DNA of 64,000 nt from Polyangiales bacterium (GTDB lineage: Bacteria; Myxococcota_A; Polyangia; Polyangiales; Polyangiaceae): NCBI GenBank assembly GCA_038231275.1, contig JBBRLQ010000014.1, positions 96,001 through 160,000 of the forward strand. Reading direction: 5' to 3'. Position 1 is the first letter of the stretch; each line of letters opens with the position of its first letter. The position numbers were made by a program, and so were the translations under genes. The notes below the pieces were generated by a model that saw nothing but the letters and a program-made list of their open reading frames with translations, was not told the DNA's origin and did not search any database. Below, piece after piece: positions 54,489 to 64,000 of the stretch.

Positions 54489-56552
54489 ATGGCCAACGCG
54501 GATCCCTTGGCGCTCGTCGGAACGACGATCGCGGGCAAGTACGCGATCGAGAGCGTCGTCGGCGAGGGCGGGTTCGCGGTCGTTTATCGGGCGCAGCACC
54601 AGCTGTGGAAGCGCCCCGTCGCGGTGAAGGTGTTCAAAGCTCTGGGCGACGTGCCCGAAGCCGATCGCGCGAAGCTCCTCGACGAGTTCGTCCGCGAGGG
54701 CGCGCTGCTCGCGGAGCTCAGCGAGCGCTCGGCGGCGATCGTTCAGGCGCGCGACGTCGGCACGATCACGACGGCCAAGGGCGAAGAGCTCCCGTACATG
54801 GTGCTCGAGTGGCTCGAGGGAGCGTCGCTCGAGACGGTGCTGGCGGACGAACGGACGCGCGAGCTCGCGCCGCGGACAATCGAAGAGGCCATTCGGCTGC
54901 TCGATCCGGTCGCCGAGGCGCTGGCGCTCGCCCACGCGCGCGGCATCGCGCACCGCGACGTGAAGCCGGCCAACGTGTTCGTGCTCGGCGATCCGCGCGC
55001 CGCGACGCCGGCGGTGAAGCTCCTCGACTTCGGGATCGCGAAGGTCGTGCAAGACGCGCAGAAAATGGCCGGCGCGTTCAGCAAGACGGCCGGGCAGATC
55101 ACGAGCTTTACGCCGGCGTACGGCGCGCCCGAGCAGTTCAACCGCCAACACGGCGCGACGGGGCCGTGGACCGACGTGTTCGCGCTCGCGCTCGTCTTCA
55201 TCGAGGTGCTGACCGCGAGGGAGGCGCTCGCGGGGGACAATCTGATGCAGCTGGCGTTCGCGTCGGCCGACAAGACGCGGAGGCCGACGCCGCGCACGTG
55301 TGGCGCGCACGTCAGCGATGAAGTCGAGGCCGTTCTCGCGCGCGCGGTCGCCCTCGCGCCGAGCGATCGCCAGCAAGATGCGGGTCAGCTGTGGAGCGAG
55401 CTCCGCGAGGCGACGAACATGGCGGTGAAGTCGGCGTCGACCGCCACCACCGGTCGAAACGTCGCGTTCGCCGCGACGCAGCCGCTCCCCGCCGTCCAGG
55501 CGCTCGCCGCCGCGAAGACCACGCGCGATCCCGTGTCCTCTCCGGTCGCGAGCGTTCGACCGGGTGCGGATCCTCCCCTGTCGTCGACCGGGCTTCCGAT
55601 GGCGCCAATCGCCATCGCGCTCGGGCTCCTGGTGGCCGCCGGCGCGGGCGCGTTCGTCCTGACCCAGCGCGCGCACCGCACCCCGAGCATCGCGCCGACG
55701 CCGAGCGCTTCGGTCGCGGCCGTCGCGTCGCCACCGCTCGCGGACGCCGCCGGCGCGTGCCCGCCGGGCATGACGCGCATCCCCGGCGGCCAGTATTTCA
55801 TGGGCTCTGAGGAGCGTGACGCCGTCGAGAACGAGAAGCCCGTCCACCAGGTGACGCTCGCGCCGTTCTGCATCGACACGTTCGAGGTCACCGTCGAGCG
55901 CTACAACGCCTGCCGCGACGTCGGCGCGTGCAAGAAGGCGACGTTCAACGCGTGGCCGGCCCTCGGCGACAAGGAGCGCGCGATCTTCGATCCGCTCTGC
56001 AACGCCGCCGCGGGGGAGAAGCTCGCCAAGCATCCCGTCAACTGCATCGACTGGGAGATGGCCGAGCACTACTGCGCGACCGTCGGCGCGCGCCTGCCGA
56101 CCGAGGCGGAGTGGGAGTTCGCCGCGCGTGGCCCCGACGGCCGCAAATACCCGTGGGGCGACGATCCGCCGTCTGCCGATCTCTTGAACGCGTGCGGCAC
56201 CGAGTGCGTCGCCTGGGGCAAAGCTCACGGCCAGACGCTCGAGCCCATGTACGCGGCGGACGATCACTTCGCCACCACGTCGCCGGTCGGCTCGTTCCAC
56301 AAGGGCCGATCGCGCTACGAGGTTGAGGACGTCGTCGGCAACGTCTGGGAGTGGGTCTCCGACTGGTACGCCCCGTACGTCACCACCGCGGCGGACGCGC
56401 CGAAGGGGCCCAAAGACGGCACCGAGCGCGTCATCCGTGGCGGCGCGTGGAACGGCACGAAGGCGTCGTGGGTGCGGCCGACGTTCCGCTTCAAGGACGA
56501 GCCCGCCAAGCGGAGCTACGGCATCGGCGTCCGCTGCGCGCGTTCGCTCTAA
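54489..56552 (+). CDS. Membrane Ser/Thr protein kinase fused to an FGE/SUMF1-type domain (copy 1)
   Basis: GEGGFA, VAVK, HRDVKPAN, DFG, APE, one TM helix, RLPTEAEWEFAARG, GNVWEW, RGGAW. Confidence 0.93.
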   Translation: MANADPLALVGTTIAGKYAIESVVGEGGFAVVYRAQHQLWKRPVAVKVFKALGDVPEADRAKLLDEFVREGALLAELSERSAAIVQARDVGTITTAKGEELPYMVLEWLEGASLETVLADERTRELAPRTIEEAIRLLDPVAEALALAHARGIAHRDVKPANVFVLGDPRAATPAVKLLDFGIAKVVQDAQKMAGAFSKTAGQITSFTPAYGAPEQFNRQHGATGPWTDVFALALVFIEVLTAREALAGDNLMQLAFASADKTRRPTPRTCGAHVSDEVEAVLARAVALAPSDRQQDAGQLWSELREATNMAVKSASTATTGRNVAFAATQPLPAVQALAAAKTTRDPVSSPVASVRPGADPPLSSTGLPMAPIAIALGLLVAAGAGAFVLTQRAHRTPSIAPTPSASVAAVASPPLADAAGACPPGMTRIPGGQYFMGSEERDAVENEKPVHQVTLAPFCIDTFEVTVERYNACRDVGACKKATFNAWPALGDKERAIFDPLCNAAAGEKLAKHPVNCIDWEMAEHYCATVGARLPTEAEWEFAARGPDGRKYPWGDDPPSADLLNACGTECVAWGKAHGQTLEPMYAADDHFATTSPVGSFHKGRSRYEVEDVVGNVWEWVSDWYAPYVTTAADAPKGPKDGTERVIRGGAWNGTKASWVRPTFRFKDEPAKRSYGIGVRCARSL

Positions 56553-56573
56553 GCGGACGCGAGCCGAGCGACC

Positions 56574-57707
56574 TCAGTTTCCGCCGGTGCAGCAGACGAT
56601 CTGCGGGTTCACGAACGCGGCGCTGCCGCCGGTGACGACGGGCTTGTTCTGAACGGAGCAACCGCTCGGCGTGTCGAGCGTGTACGCGCGCGCCGTGAAG
56701 GCGCTGTTGGCGTTCGTTTGGCAGGTCCCGTCGAACGTTTGGCGGAGCTTGTAGACGGCGTTGCACGTGTCGGTGTCGTACATCCGAATCGTGCCCGTGC
56801 ACGATGCGGGCGCCGCGCACGTGGCCTGCGAGCACACGCGCGTGTCGTTCAACGAATCGCCGACGAGGTACGCGATGGAGTAGGGGGACGCCGACGGGCA
56901 AGCGGCCGCGCCTGCTTGCATGATGCATGAGCCCGGTCCGTTGTCGTTGCCGGGCGGAAGGCACACGCCGGTCCCGCCGCCGAAGAACGTGCACGTGCTG
57001 CCCGCGATCGCGCCGGAGCACGCCTCGCCGGATTGACCGCCGGCGCTGATCGGCGTCGCGGGTTGCGCATTGCATGCGGGCGGGGCCGCGGGCGCCGTCA
57101 CCTTGATCGTCGTCGAAGCGATCACCGAGACCACGGTCCCGAGGGTGCTGCAGTTCTGACCGGCGTTCGCGCTGAACGTGGCTCCGTTGCACGCGCCGCC
57201 GCCGCCGAGCCCGACCGCGTACGTGCCCGTGCCGCACGTGTCGACGCTCGGCGAGCATCCGCTCTGGCAAATGACGCTCGACGGCGATGCGGTCGCCAGG
57301 AGCTTTTGCGTCGGATAAGCAGACGGGCACGCCGGGCGGCTCTGCGAGCTGAACCACACTGGCGTCCACCCACTCGGTACCGGCGGCGTGCAGCTCTGCC
57401 CGCTTGGGCATCCGGTGGACGGCGCGTCGGTACCCGTGTCGCCTCCGCTGCTACCGCTCGAACCACTCGTTCCGCTGCTGCCGCTGCTGCCGCTGCTGCC
57501 GCTGCTGCCGCTGCTGCCGCTGGTCCCGCCCGACGCGCCGCTCGTTCCGCTCGACGTACCGCTGGAGCTCCCGCTGGTCCCGCTCGAGCCCCCTCCGTCG
57601 CCCGGCTGGTCGGGTGCGACCGTCAGATCGCTCAGCCCAGACACGAGACCGCAGCCGCCGAGTGCCGTCGCCACCACGGCCACGCGAAGAGACCCTCTGG
57701 CCCGCAT
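56574..57707 (-). CDS. Cys-rich lipoprotein with Ser/Gly linker
   Basis: LGGC lipobox, (SSG)n linker, about 20 Cys, ends VCCTGGN. Confidence 0.8.
   Translation of the reverse strand: MRARGSLRVAVVATALGGCGLVSGLSDLTVAPDQPGDGGGSSGTSGSSSGTSSGTSGASGGTSGSSGSSGSSGSSGSSGTSGSSGSSGGDTGTDAPSTGCPSGQSCTPPVPSGWTPVWFSSQSRPACPSAYPTQKLLATASPSSVICQSGCSPSVDTCGTGTYAVGLGGGGACNGATFSANAGQNCSTLGTVVSVIASTTIKVTAPAAPPACNAQPATPISAGGQSGEACSGAIAGSTCTFFGGGTGVCLPPGNDNGPGSCIMQAGAAACPSASPYSIAYLVGDSLNDTRVCSQATCAAPASCTGTIRMYDTDTCNAVYKLRQTFDGTCQTNANSAFTARAYTLDTPSGCSVQNKPVVTGGSAAFVNPQIVCCTGGN
57472..57521. repeat. 9-bp tandem repeat (CCGCTGCTG)n encoding SSG units
   Basis: About 5 perfect copies visible, with degenerate copies on both sides. 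Confidence 0.85.
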
Positions 57708-57929
57708 CTTCGTAGTGTCTGCGGTTCTCGTGCCCCGCGCAACTCCGCGGCGGGGCGACATGGCGGTCGCTGTCACACCTCAGGTACCCGAAACGACCTG
57801 GGAAACCAGGTGACCCCGTCGTCCGTAGCACCCGTCACGGAACCTCATTCCGGTGCGCCGGTCGCCGCAAAATGCGCGTGCTCTGTGCATCCGGGACTAT
57901 CCTTTCATCGAACACACCCTCGAGACCCG

Positions 57930-59996
57930 ATGACTCCTTTGCGCGACCCCCTCAACCTCGTCGGAACGACCATCGCGGACAAGTACCGCGTGGAGAGCGT
58001 CGTCGGCGAAGGCGGCTTCGCCATCGTCTACCGGGCGATGCACCTCGTGTGGAAGCGGCCGGTTGCCATCAAGGCGTTCCGCGCGCTCGGCGACTTCAGC
58101 GAGGAGCGACGCGCGCAGCTCATCGACGCGTTCATCCAAGAGGGCGCGCTGCTCGGCGAGCTGAGCGAGCGCTCGGCGGCGATCGTCCAAGCGCGCGACG
58201 TCGGCACCATCACGACGCCCGACGGGCAGTGGATGCCGTACATGGTCCTCGAGTGGCTCGAGGGCGGCACGCTCGACGCGGTGCTCGACGCGGAGCGCGC
58301 GAAGGGCGCGCCCCTCCGCGACGCCGAGCAGGCGATGATCCTCCTCGAGCCGGTGGCCGAAGCGCTCGGCCTCGCGCACGAGAAGGGCATTGCGCACCGC
58401 GACGTGAAGCCGGCAAACGTGTTCATCCTCGGCGACGCGCGCAAGAGCGGCGTCGGCATCAAGCTCCTCGACTTCGGCATCGCCAAGGTCGTGCAGGACG
58501 CGCAGAAGATGGCCGGCTCGTTCAACCAGACCGGCGGCCACATCACGAGCTTCACGCCGGCGTACGGCGCGCCCGAGCAGTTCTCGCGCTCGTACGGCGC
58601 GACGGGCCCGTGGACGGACGTCTTCGCGCTCGCGCTGATTTTCAGCGAGATCGTGAGCGGGCGCGCCGCGATTGACGGCGGTTCGCTGACCGAGCTCGCG
58701 TACGCCAGCTGCGACAAGACGCGGCGCCCGACACCGCGCGCGCTCGGCGCCAACGTGTCCGACGAGGTCGAGCGCGTGCTCGCCTCCGCGCTCGCCGTTG
58801 CGCCGACCGAGCGTTACCCGTCCGCCGGCGATTTCTGGCGCGCGCTGCGTGCGGCGGTGCGTCCGTCGGGCCTCACGCGCACGGCGATCGCGCCTTCGGG
58901 TTCGATGTCGGCGTCTATGTCCGGCCCGATGTCGGCTCCGATGTCCGCTCCCGCGCCGAGCCGGCCGCTGACCACCGTCGAGACGATGGACCCGGCGATG
59001 ACGTCGCGTCGCGCGAACAAGGGCGCGACGGGCGCGATCCTCGCGGGCGCGGGCTTCGCGGCGGTCGTCGCCCTCGGCATCGGCGCGTTCCTCTTCACGC
59101 GCCACCCGTCACGCGCGCCGTCCGGGCCGGTCGCGTCCGTCACCGCGCCCGTCTCCGCGAGCGCGCCGGTCACCTCGGCGAGCCCGCCTCCCGCCGTCGT
59201 CGCCTGCCCCGCGGGAATGATCCGCATCCCCGGCGGCCGCTTCTTCATGGGCTCCGACGAGCGCGACGCCTTGGACCTCGAGCGCCCCGCGCATCAAGTC
59301 ACGCTGAAGGCGTATTGCATGGACGAGCTCGAGGTGACCGTCGACCAGTACAAGCGCTGCAGCGATCAAGGCGAGTGCAAGCGCGCACGCGACAACGAGT
59401 GGGAGGGGATCACCGAGAAGGAGCGCAAGGCCTTCGACCCGCTCTGCAACGGCCGCGATCCCGACGCGAAGGGGAAGTACCCGATCAACTGCGTCGATTG
59501 GGACATGGCCACCCGCTACTGCGGCTGGCAGAAGCGCCGACTCCCCACCGAGGCCGAGTGGGAGTTCTCCGCGCGCGGCCCCGACGGCCGAAAATACCCG
59601 TGGGGCGACGAGGCGCCGACCGCCGCTCACTTGAACGCGTGCGGCAAGGAGTGCGTCGCGTGGAACAAGTCGCACGGCATGGCCGGCAAGGCCATGTACG
59701 ACGCGGACGACGGCTTCCCGACGACGGCCCCCGTTGGGTCGTTCTCGCCTGGAAAATCCCGATACGGCGTTCAAGACGTGGTCGGCAACGTGTGGGAGTG
59801 GACGAGCGACTGGCACGCCGACTACACCGTCGATGCCAGCGTCGATCCCAAAGGCCCACAGAAGGGTGACGATCGCGTGATCCGCGGCGGCGGGTGGAAC
59901 GGCAGCGAGACGGCGTGGGTGCGCCCGACGTTCCGCTACCACGACGTCCCGACCAAGCGCAGCCACGGCATCGGCTTCCGCTGCGCTGTGGATTGA
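57930..59996 (+). CDS. Membrane Ser/Thr protein kinase fused to an FGE/SUMF1-type domain (copy 2)
   Basis: Same motifs as copy 1, with long identical peptide blocks such as KLLDFGIAKVVQDAQKMAG and ITSFTPAYGAPEQF. Confidence 0.93.
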   Translation: MTPLRDPLNLVGTTIADKYRVESVVGEGGFAIVYRAMHLVWKRPVAIKAFRALGDFSEERRAQLIDAFIQEGALLGELSERSAAIVQARDVGTITTPDGQWMPYMVLEWLEGGTLDAVLDAERAKGAPLRDAEQAMILLEPVAEALGLAHEKGIAHRDVKPANVFILGDARKSGVGIKLLDFGIAKVVQDAQKMAGSFNQTGGHITSFTPAYGAPEQFSRSYGATGPWTDVFALALIFSEIVSGRAAIDGGSLTELAYASCDKTRRPTPRALGANVSDEVERVLASALAVAPTERYPSAGDFWRALRAAVRPSGLTRTAIAPSGSMSASMSGPMSAPMSAPAPSRPLTTVETMDPAMTSRRANKGATGAILAGAGFAAVVALGIGAFLFTRHPSRAPSGPVASVTAPVSASAPVTSASPPPAVVACPAGMIRIPGGRFFMGSDERDALDLERPAHQVTLKAYCMDELEVTVDQYKRCSDQGECKRARDNEWEGITEKERKAFDPLCNGRDPDAKGKYPINCVDWDMATRYCGWQKRRLPTEAEWEFSARGPDGRKYPWGDEAPTAAHLNACGKECVAWNKSHGMAGKAMYDADDGFPTTAPVGSFSPGKSRYGVQDVVGNVWEWTSDWHADYTVDASVDPKGPQKGDDRVIRGGGWNGSETAWVRPTFRYHDVPTKRSHGIGFRCAVD

Positions 59997-60002
59997 GCCC
60001 GT

Positions 60003-60383
60003 TTACAGGGTCGCCTTCGCCGCCTTCTTCACCGCGGCCTCGAGCTTGCGCCTCGCGAGCGCGCAACGCGTCGCGCTCGGCCCGTGGCACGCCTCGGTGC
60101 GCTTCGCCAGCGCCGCCTGCACGCCGAGATCCGTCGACAGCATGTCGCGGATGACCGGATTGATCATCTCCCAATCGAGCACCTCGCGGGGCGACGCGGC
60201 CGTTCCGATGCAGCGCGGCTCGGGCGTGATCGCGGCGGCCACCAGCGCCGTCGCGGCGGGCGGCGCGGTCTGAGGGACTGGCGGCGCGGACACGATCTTC
60301 GTCGGAGTCGCGGGCACAGCCGCGCATCCGCCGAGGAAGGACGCGATGGCGAGGACGACGAGGGACGCGGGGATCGTGCGCAA
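60003..60383 (-). CDS. Small lipoprotein
   Basis: TTG start after GGAGG, LGGC lipobox, upstream sigma-54 box. Confidence 0.65.
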   Translation of the reverse strand: MRTIPASLVVLAIASFLGGCAAVPATPTKIVSAPPVPQTAPPAATALVAAAITPEPRCIGTAASPREVLDWEMINPVIRDMLSTDLGVQAALAKRTEACHGPSATRCALARRKLEAAVKKAAKATL

Positions 60384-60448
60384 GGTGGCCTCCAAGTTTC
60401 GTGGAGTGGAGAAGAGAGGCCGACGGGGCCCCTTCGTTGTCTCCCAGC

Positions 60449-60464
60449 AGCAAACGTCGTGCCG
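60449..60464 (-). promoter_or_regulatory. Putative sigma-54 promoter (CGGCAC-GACGT-TTGCT)
   Basis: Near-perfect match to TGGCAC-N5-TTGCT. Confidence 0.65.
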
Positions 60465-60578
60465 CGAAGAGGTGACGGGATCCTGCCGAAAACGCTGCCT
60501 TCGTACGGCATTTCGACTGTCCCAGGCGCCGGTCACCGGTGTCCACGTGTTGGGACACGGACGGATCGCGGCTGCCGC

Positions 60579-60722
60579 TCAGATGTCGTCGAAACAGACC
60601 TCGATCCAGGTGTCCCGAAGCTGCTCATCCCGAAGAGTTACCGGCTCGGGCTCATCGACGTCGAACGCGAGCGGATCATGGGCTTTCATCTGCAGGGTCG
60701 CGCGGTCGTCGTCGTGGTTCAT
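60579..60722 (-). CDS. Unannotated 47-aa acidic small protein
   Basis: Manual translation MNHDDDRATLQMKAHDPLAFDVDEPEPVTLRDEQLRDTWIEVCFDDI. Sigma-54 box 12 nt upstream. Confidence 0.5.
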   Translation of the reverse strand: MNHDDDRATLQMKAHDPLAFDVDEPEPVTLRDEQLRDTWIEVCFDDI

Positions 60723-60734
60723 GCGGCCCTGAAG

Positions 60735-60750
60735 AGCACGCCGCGTGCCG
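60735..60750 (-). promoter_or_regulatory. Putative sigma-54 promoter (CGGCAC-GCGGC-GTGCT)
   Basis: GG-N10-GC with a GGCAC -24 element. Confidence 0.55.
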
Positions 60751-60814
60751 GTAGAACGATCGCGCCGCCGCGGCGAGCCGGGTGCAGGGTTTTCCCCCGC
60801 CGCAATCGTGCTAA

Positions 60815-62787
<1,973 letters not shown>

Positions 62788-62804
62788 TGTATGTTCGAAG
62801 GTAG

Positions 62805-63914
62805 ATGGGAAACGACTCGGGTCGCTTTTCGCAAGCCCCAGTATCGGGGGGAAACCCGTACGCGAACGAACAGTACTTCGTCCAGCTGCTGGGCAAGGCC
62901 GTCGCTGCGCGTGCGAGCGACATCCACCTGAAGGTCGGCCATCCGCCCGGCGCGCGCGTGCGCGGCGAGCTCGTGTTCTTCCGCGCGGACGCGCTGCGCC
63001 CCCAGGACACCGAGTCGATCGCCAAGCTTCTCATCCGCGATCCGGCGATCAAGAACAACCTCGACAAGCTCCGCGAGTACGACACGGCGTACTCCGCGCC
63101 CGGCATCGGGCGATTCCGCGTCAACATCTACCGCCAGCGCGGATCGATCGCCGTCGTCATGCGCGCGATCCCCGATCTGATCCCCGACTTCGACACGCTC
63201 GGCGTCCCCGAGGCCGCGCGCCAGCTCATCGACAAGGATCGCGGGCTCATCCTGCTCGTCGGCCCGACCGGCTCCGGCAAGACGTCGACGCTCGCCGCGA
63301 TGATCGGCCACCTGAACAAGCACCAACCGCTCCACATCGTCACCGTCGAGGATCCGATCGAGTTCTGGCACAACGACGACAAGTCGAGCGTCAGCCAGCG
63401 CGAGGTCGGCCTCGACACCGGCGGCTTCGCCGAGGCTCTTCGCGCCGCGCTCCGCCAGGATCCCGACGTCATCTTCGTCGGCGAGATCCGCGACGAGGAG
63501 ACGATGGACATCGCGCTCAAGGCGGCGGAGACCGGTCACCTCGTCCTCTCCACGCTGCACACGCCGGACGTCACGCGCACGTTCGGGCGCATGCTCGCGA
63601 TGGCGCCGAAAGGGCAGCCGGGCGGCGCCGAAGAGATCCGCGAGCGCATCGGCGACGCGCTCCAGGGCGTCATCGCGCAGCGCCTCCTCCCGCGCAAAGA
63701 CGGGACGGGCCTGGTGCTGGCGGCCGAGGTGCTCGTGGCGTCGGGCACGGTTCGCGAGGCGATCAAGCGCCCGGAGGGGAACCCGTCGCTCAACGAGCTG
63801 ATGGAAAAGGGCGTTCATCCCTACGGAATGCAGACGTTCGCCATGCACATGAAGCAGCTCGTGCAGGCCGGCATCGTCGACAAGGACGTGGCGCGCCTGG
63901 CGTCGACCTTCTAG
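62805..63914 (+). CDS. pilT: PilT/PilU-family type IV pilus retraction ATPase paralog
   Basis: ASDIHL, RFRVNIY, GPTGSGKTSTLA, EDPIE, QREVG, LRQDPD, AETGHLVLSTLH, GMQT. Confidence 0.9.
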   Translation: MGNDSGRFSQAPVSGGNPYANEQYFVQLLGKAVAARASDIHLKVGHPPGARVRGELVFFRADALRPQDTESIAKLLIRDPAIKNNLDKLREYDTAYSAPGIGRFRVNIYRQRGSIAVVMRAIPDLIPDFDTLGVPEAARQLIDKDRGLILLVGPTGSGKTSTLAAMIGHLNKHQPLHIVTVEDPIEFWHNDDKSSVSQREVGLDTGGFAEALRAALRQDPDVIFVGEIRDEETMDIALKAAETGHLVLSTLHTPDVTRTFGRMLAMAPKGQPGGAEEIRERIGDALQGVIAQRLLPRKDGTGLVLAAEVLVASGTVREAIKRPEGNPSLNELMEKGVHPYGMQTFAMHMKQLVQAGIVDKDVARLASTF

Positions 63915-64000
63915 GTCGTTCTGCTCGAAAGTTGCGTTCGTCGGCTCCCGCCGTACGATCAAAGGTGGCGGCCGATGCGTCACCTCCGCGCGCTCCGCGC

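Noticed and set aside
57472..57521. Tandem repeats as a CRISPR array or phase-variation tract (also near 53190-53250 and 58905-58950)
   Set aside because: They are in-frame repeats in multiples of three encoding low-complexity linkers, with no spacers or cas genes.
56420..59996. Possible diversity-generating retroelement, since FGE/C-lectin C-termini are typical DGR targets and occur twice
   Set aside because: No reverse transcriptase or template repeat is in the window. Both copies are full genes, and their differences are not confined to adenines.

Overview
A very GC-rich bacterial chromosomal segment. The gene content (many Cys-rich lipoproteins, Ser/Thr kinase-FGE fusions, a fibro-slime protein, orphan vgrG/PAAR, sigma-54-type promoters) suggests Myxococcota, probably Polyangiaceae/Labilithrix-like; this taxonomy is inferred. 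I can support about 50 CDS, including a >1,200-aa lipoprotein running off the left edge that the ORF track missed, plus one tRNA-Phe(GAA). I saw no CRISPR array, transposase, integrase or rRNA. The best candidate for an undescribed system is the 9.0-21.7 kb divergent locus. One arm has a Tat-signal lipoprotein and a cholesterol-oxidase-like GMC enzyme. The other has a lipoprotein GMC oxidoreductase, two paralogous lipases, a small lipoprotein, an MMPL/RND transporter, a LolA-like protein and an outer-membrane barrel, followed by a LysR regulator. In this locus one lipase has lost its catalytic Ser. The other has an in-frame TGA exactly where its paralog has Cys. Three consecutive lipoproteins share a C-x9-C N-terminal module. 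Other signals: seven GG-N10-GC sigma-54 boxes (four almost abutting start codons, two in front of unannotated small ORFs), a PHM-like copper monooxygenase lipoprotein, an effector-less vgrG-PAAR-adaptor cluster, an MFS transporter with an extra membrane domain, and a 22-bp-phased direct repeat after a LuxR-AAA regulator. All family calls come from motif recognition by eye, not database searches.
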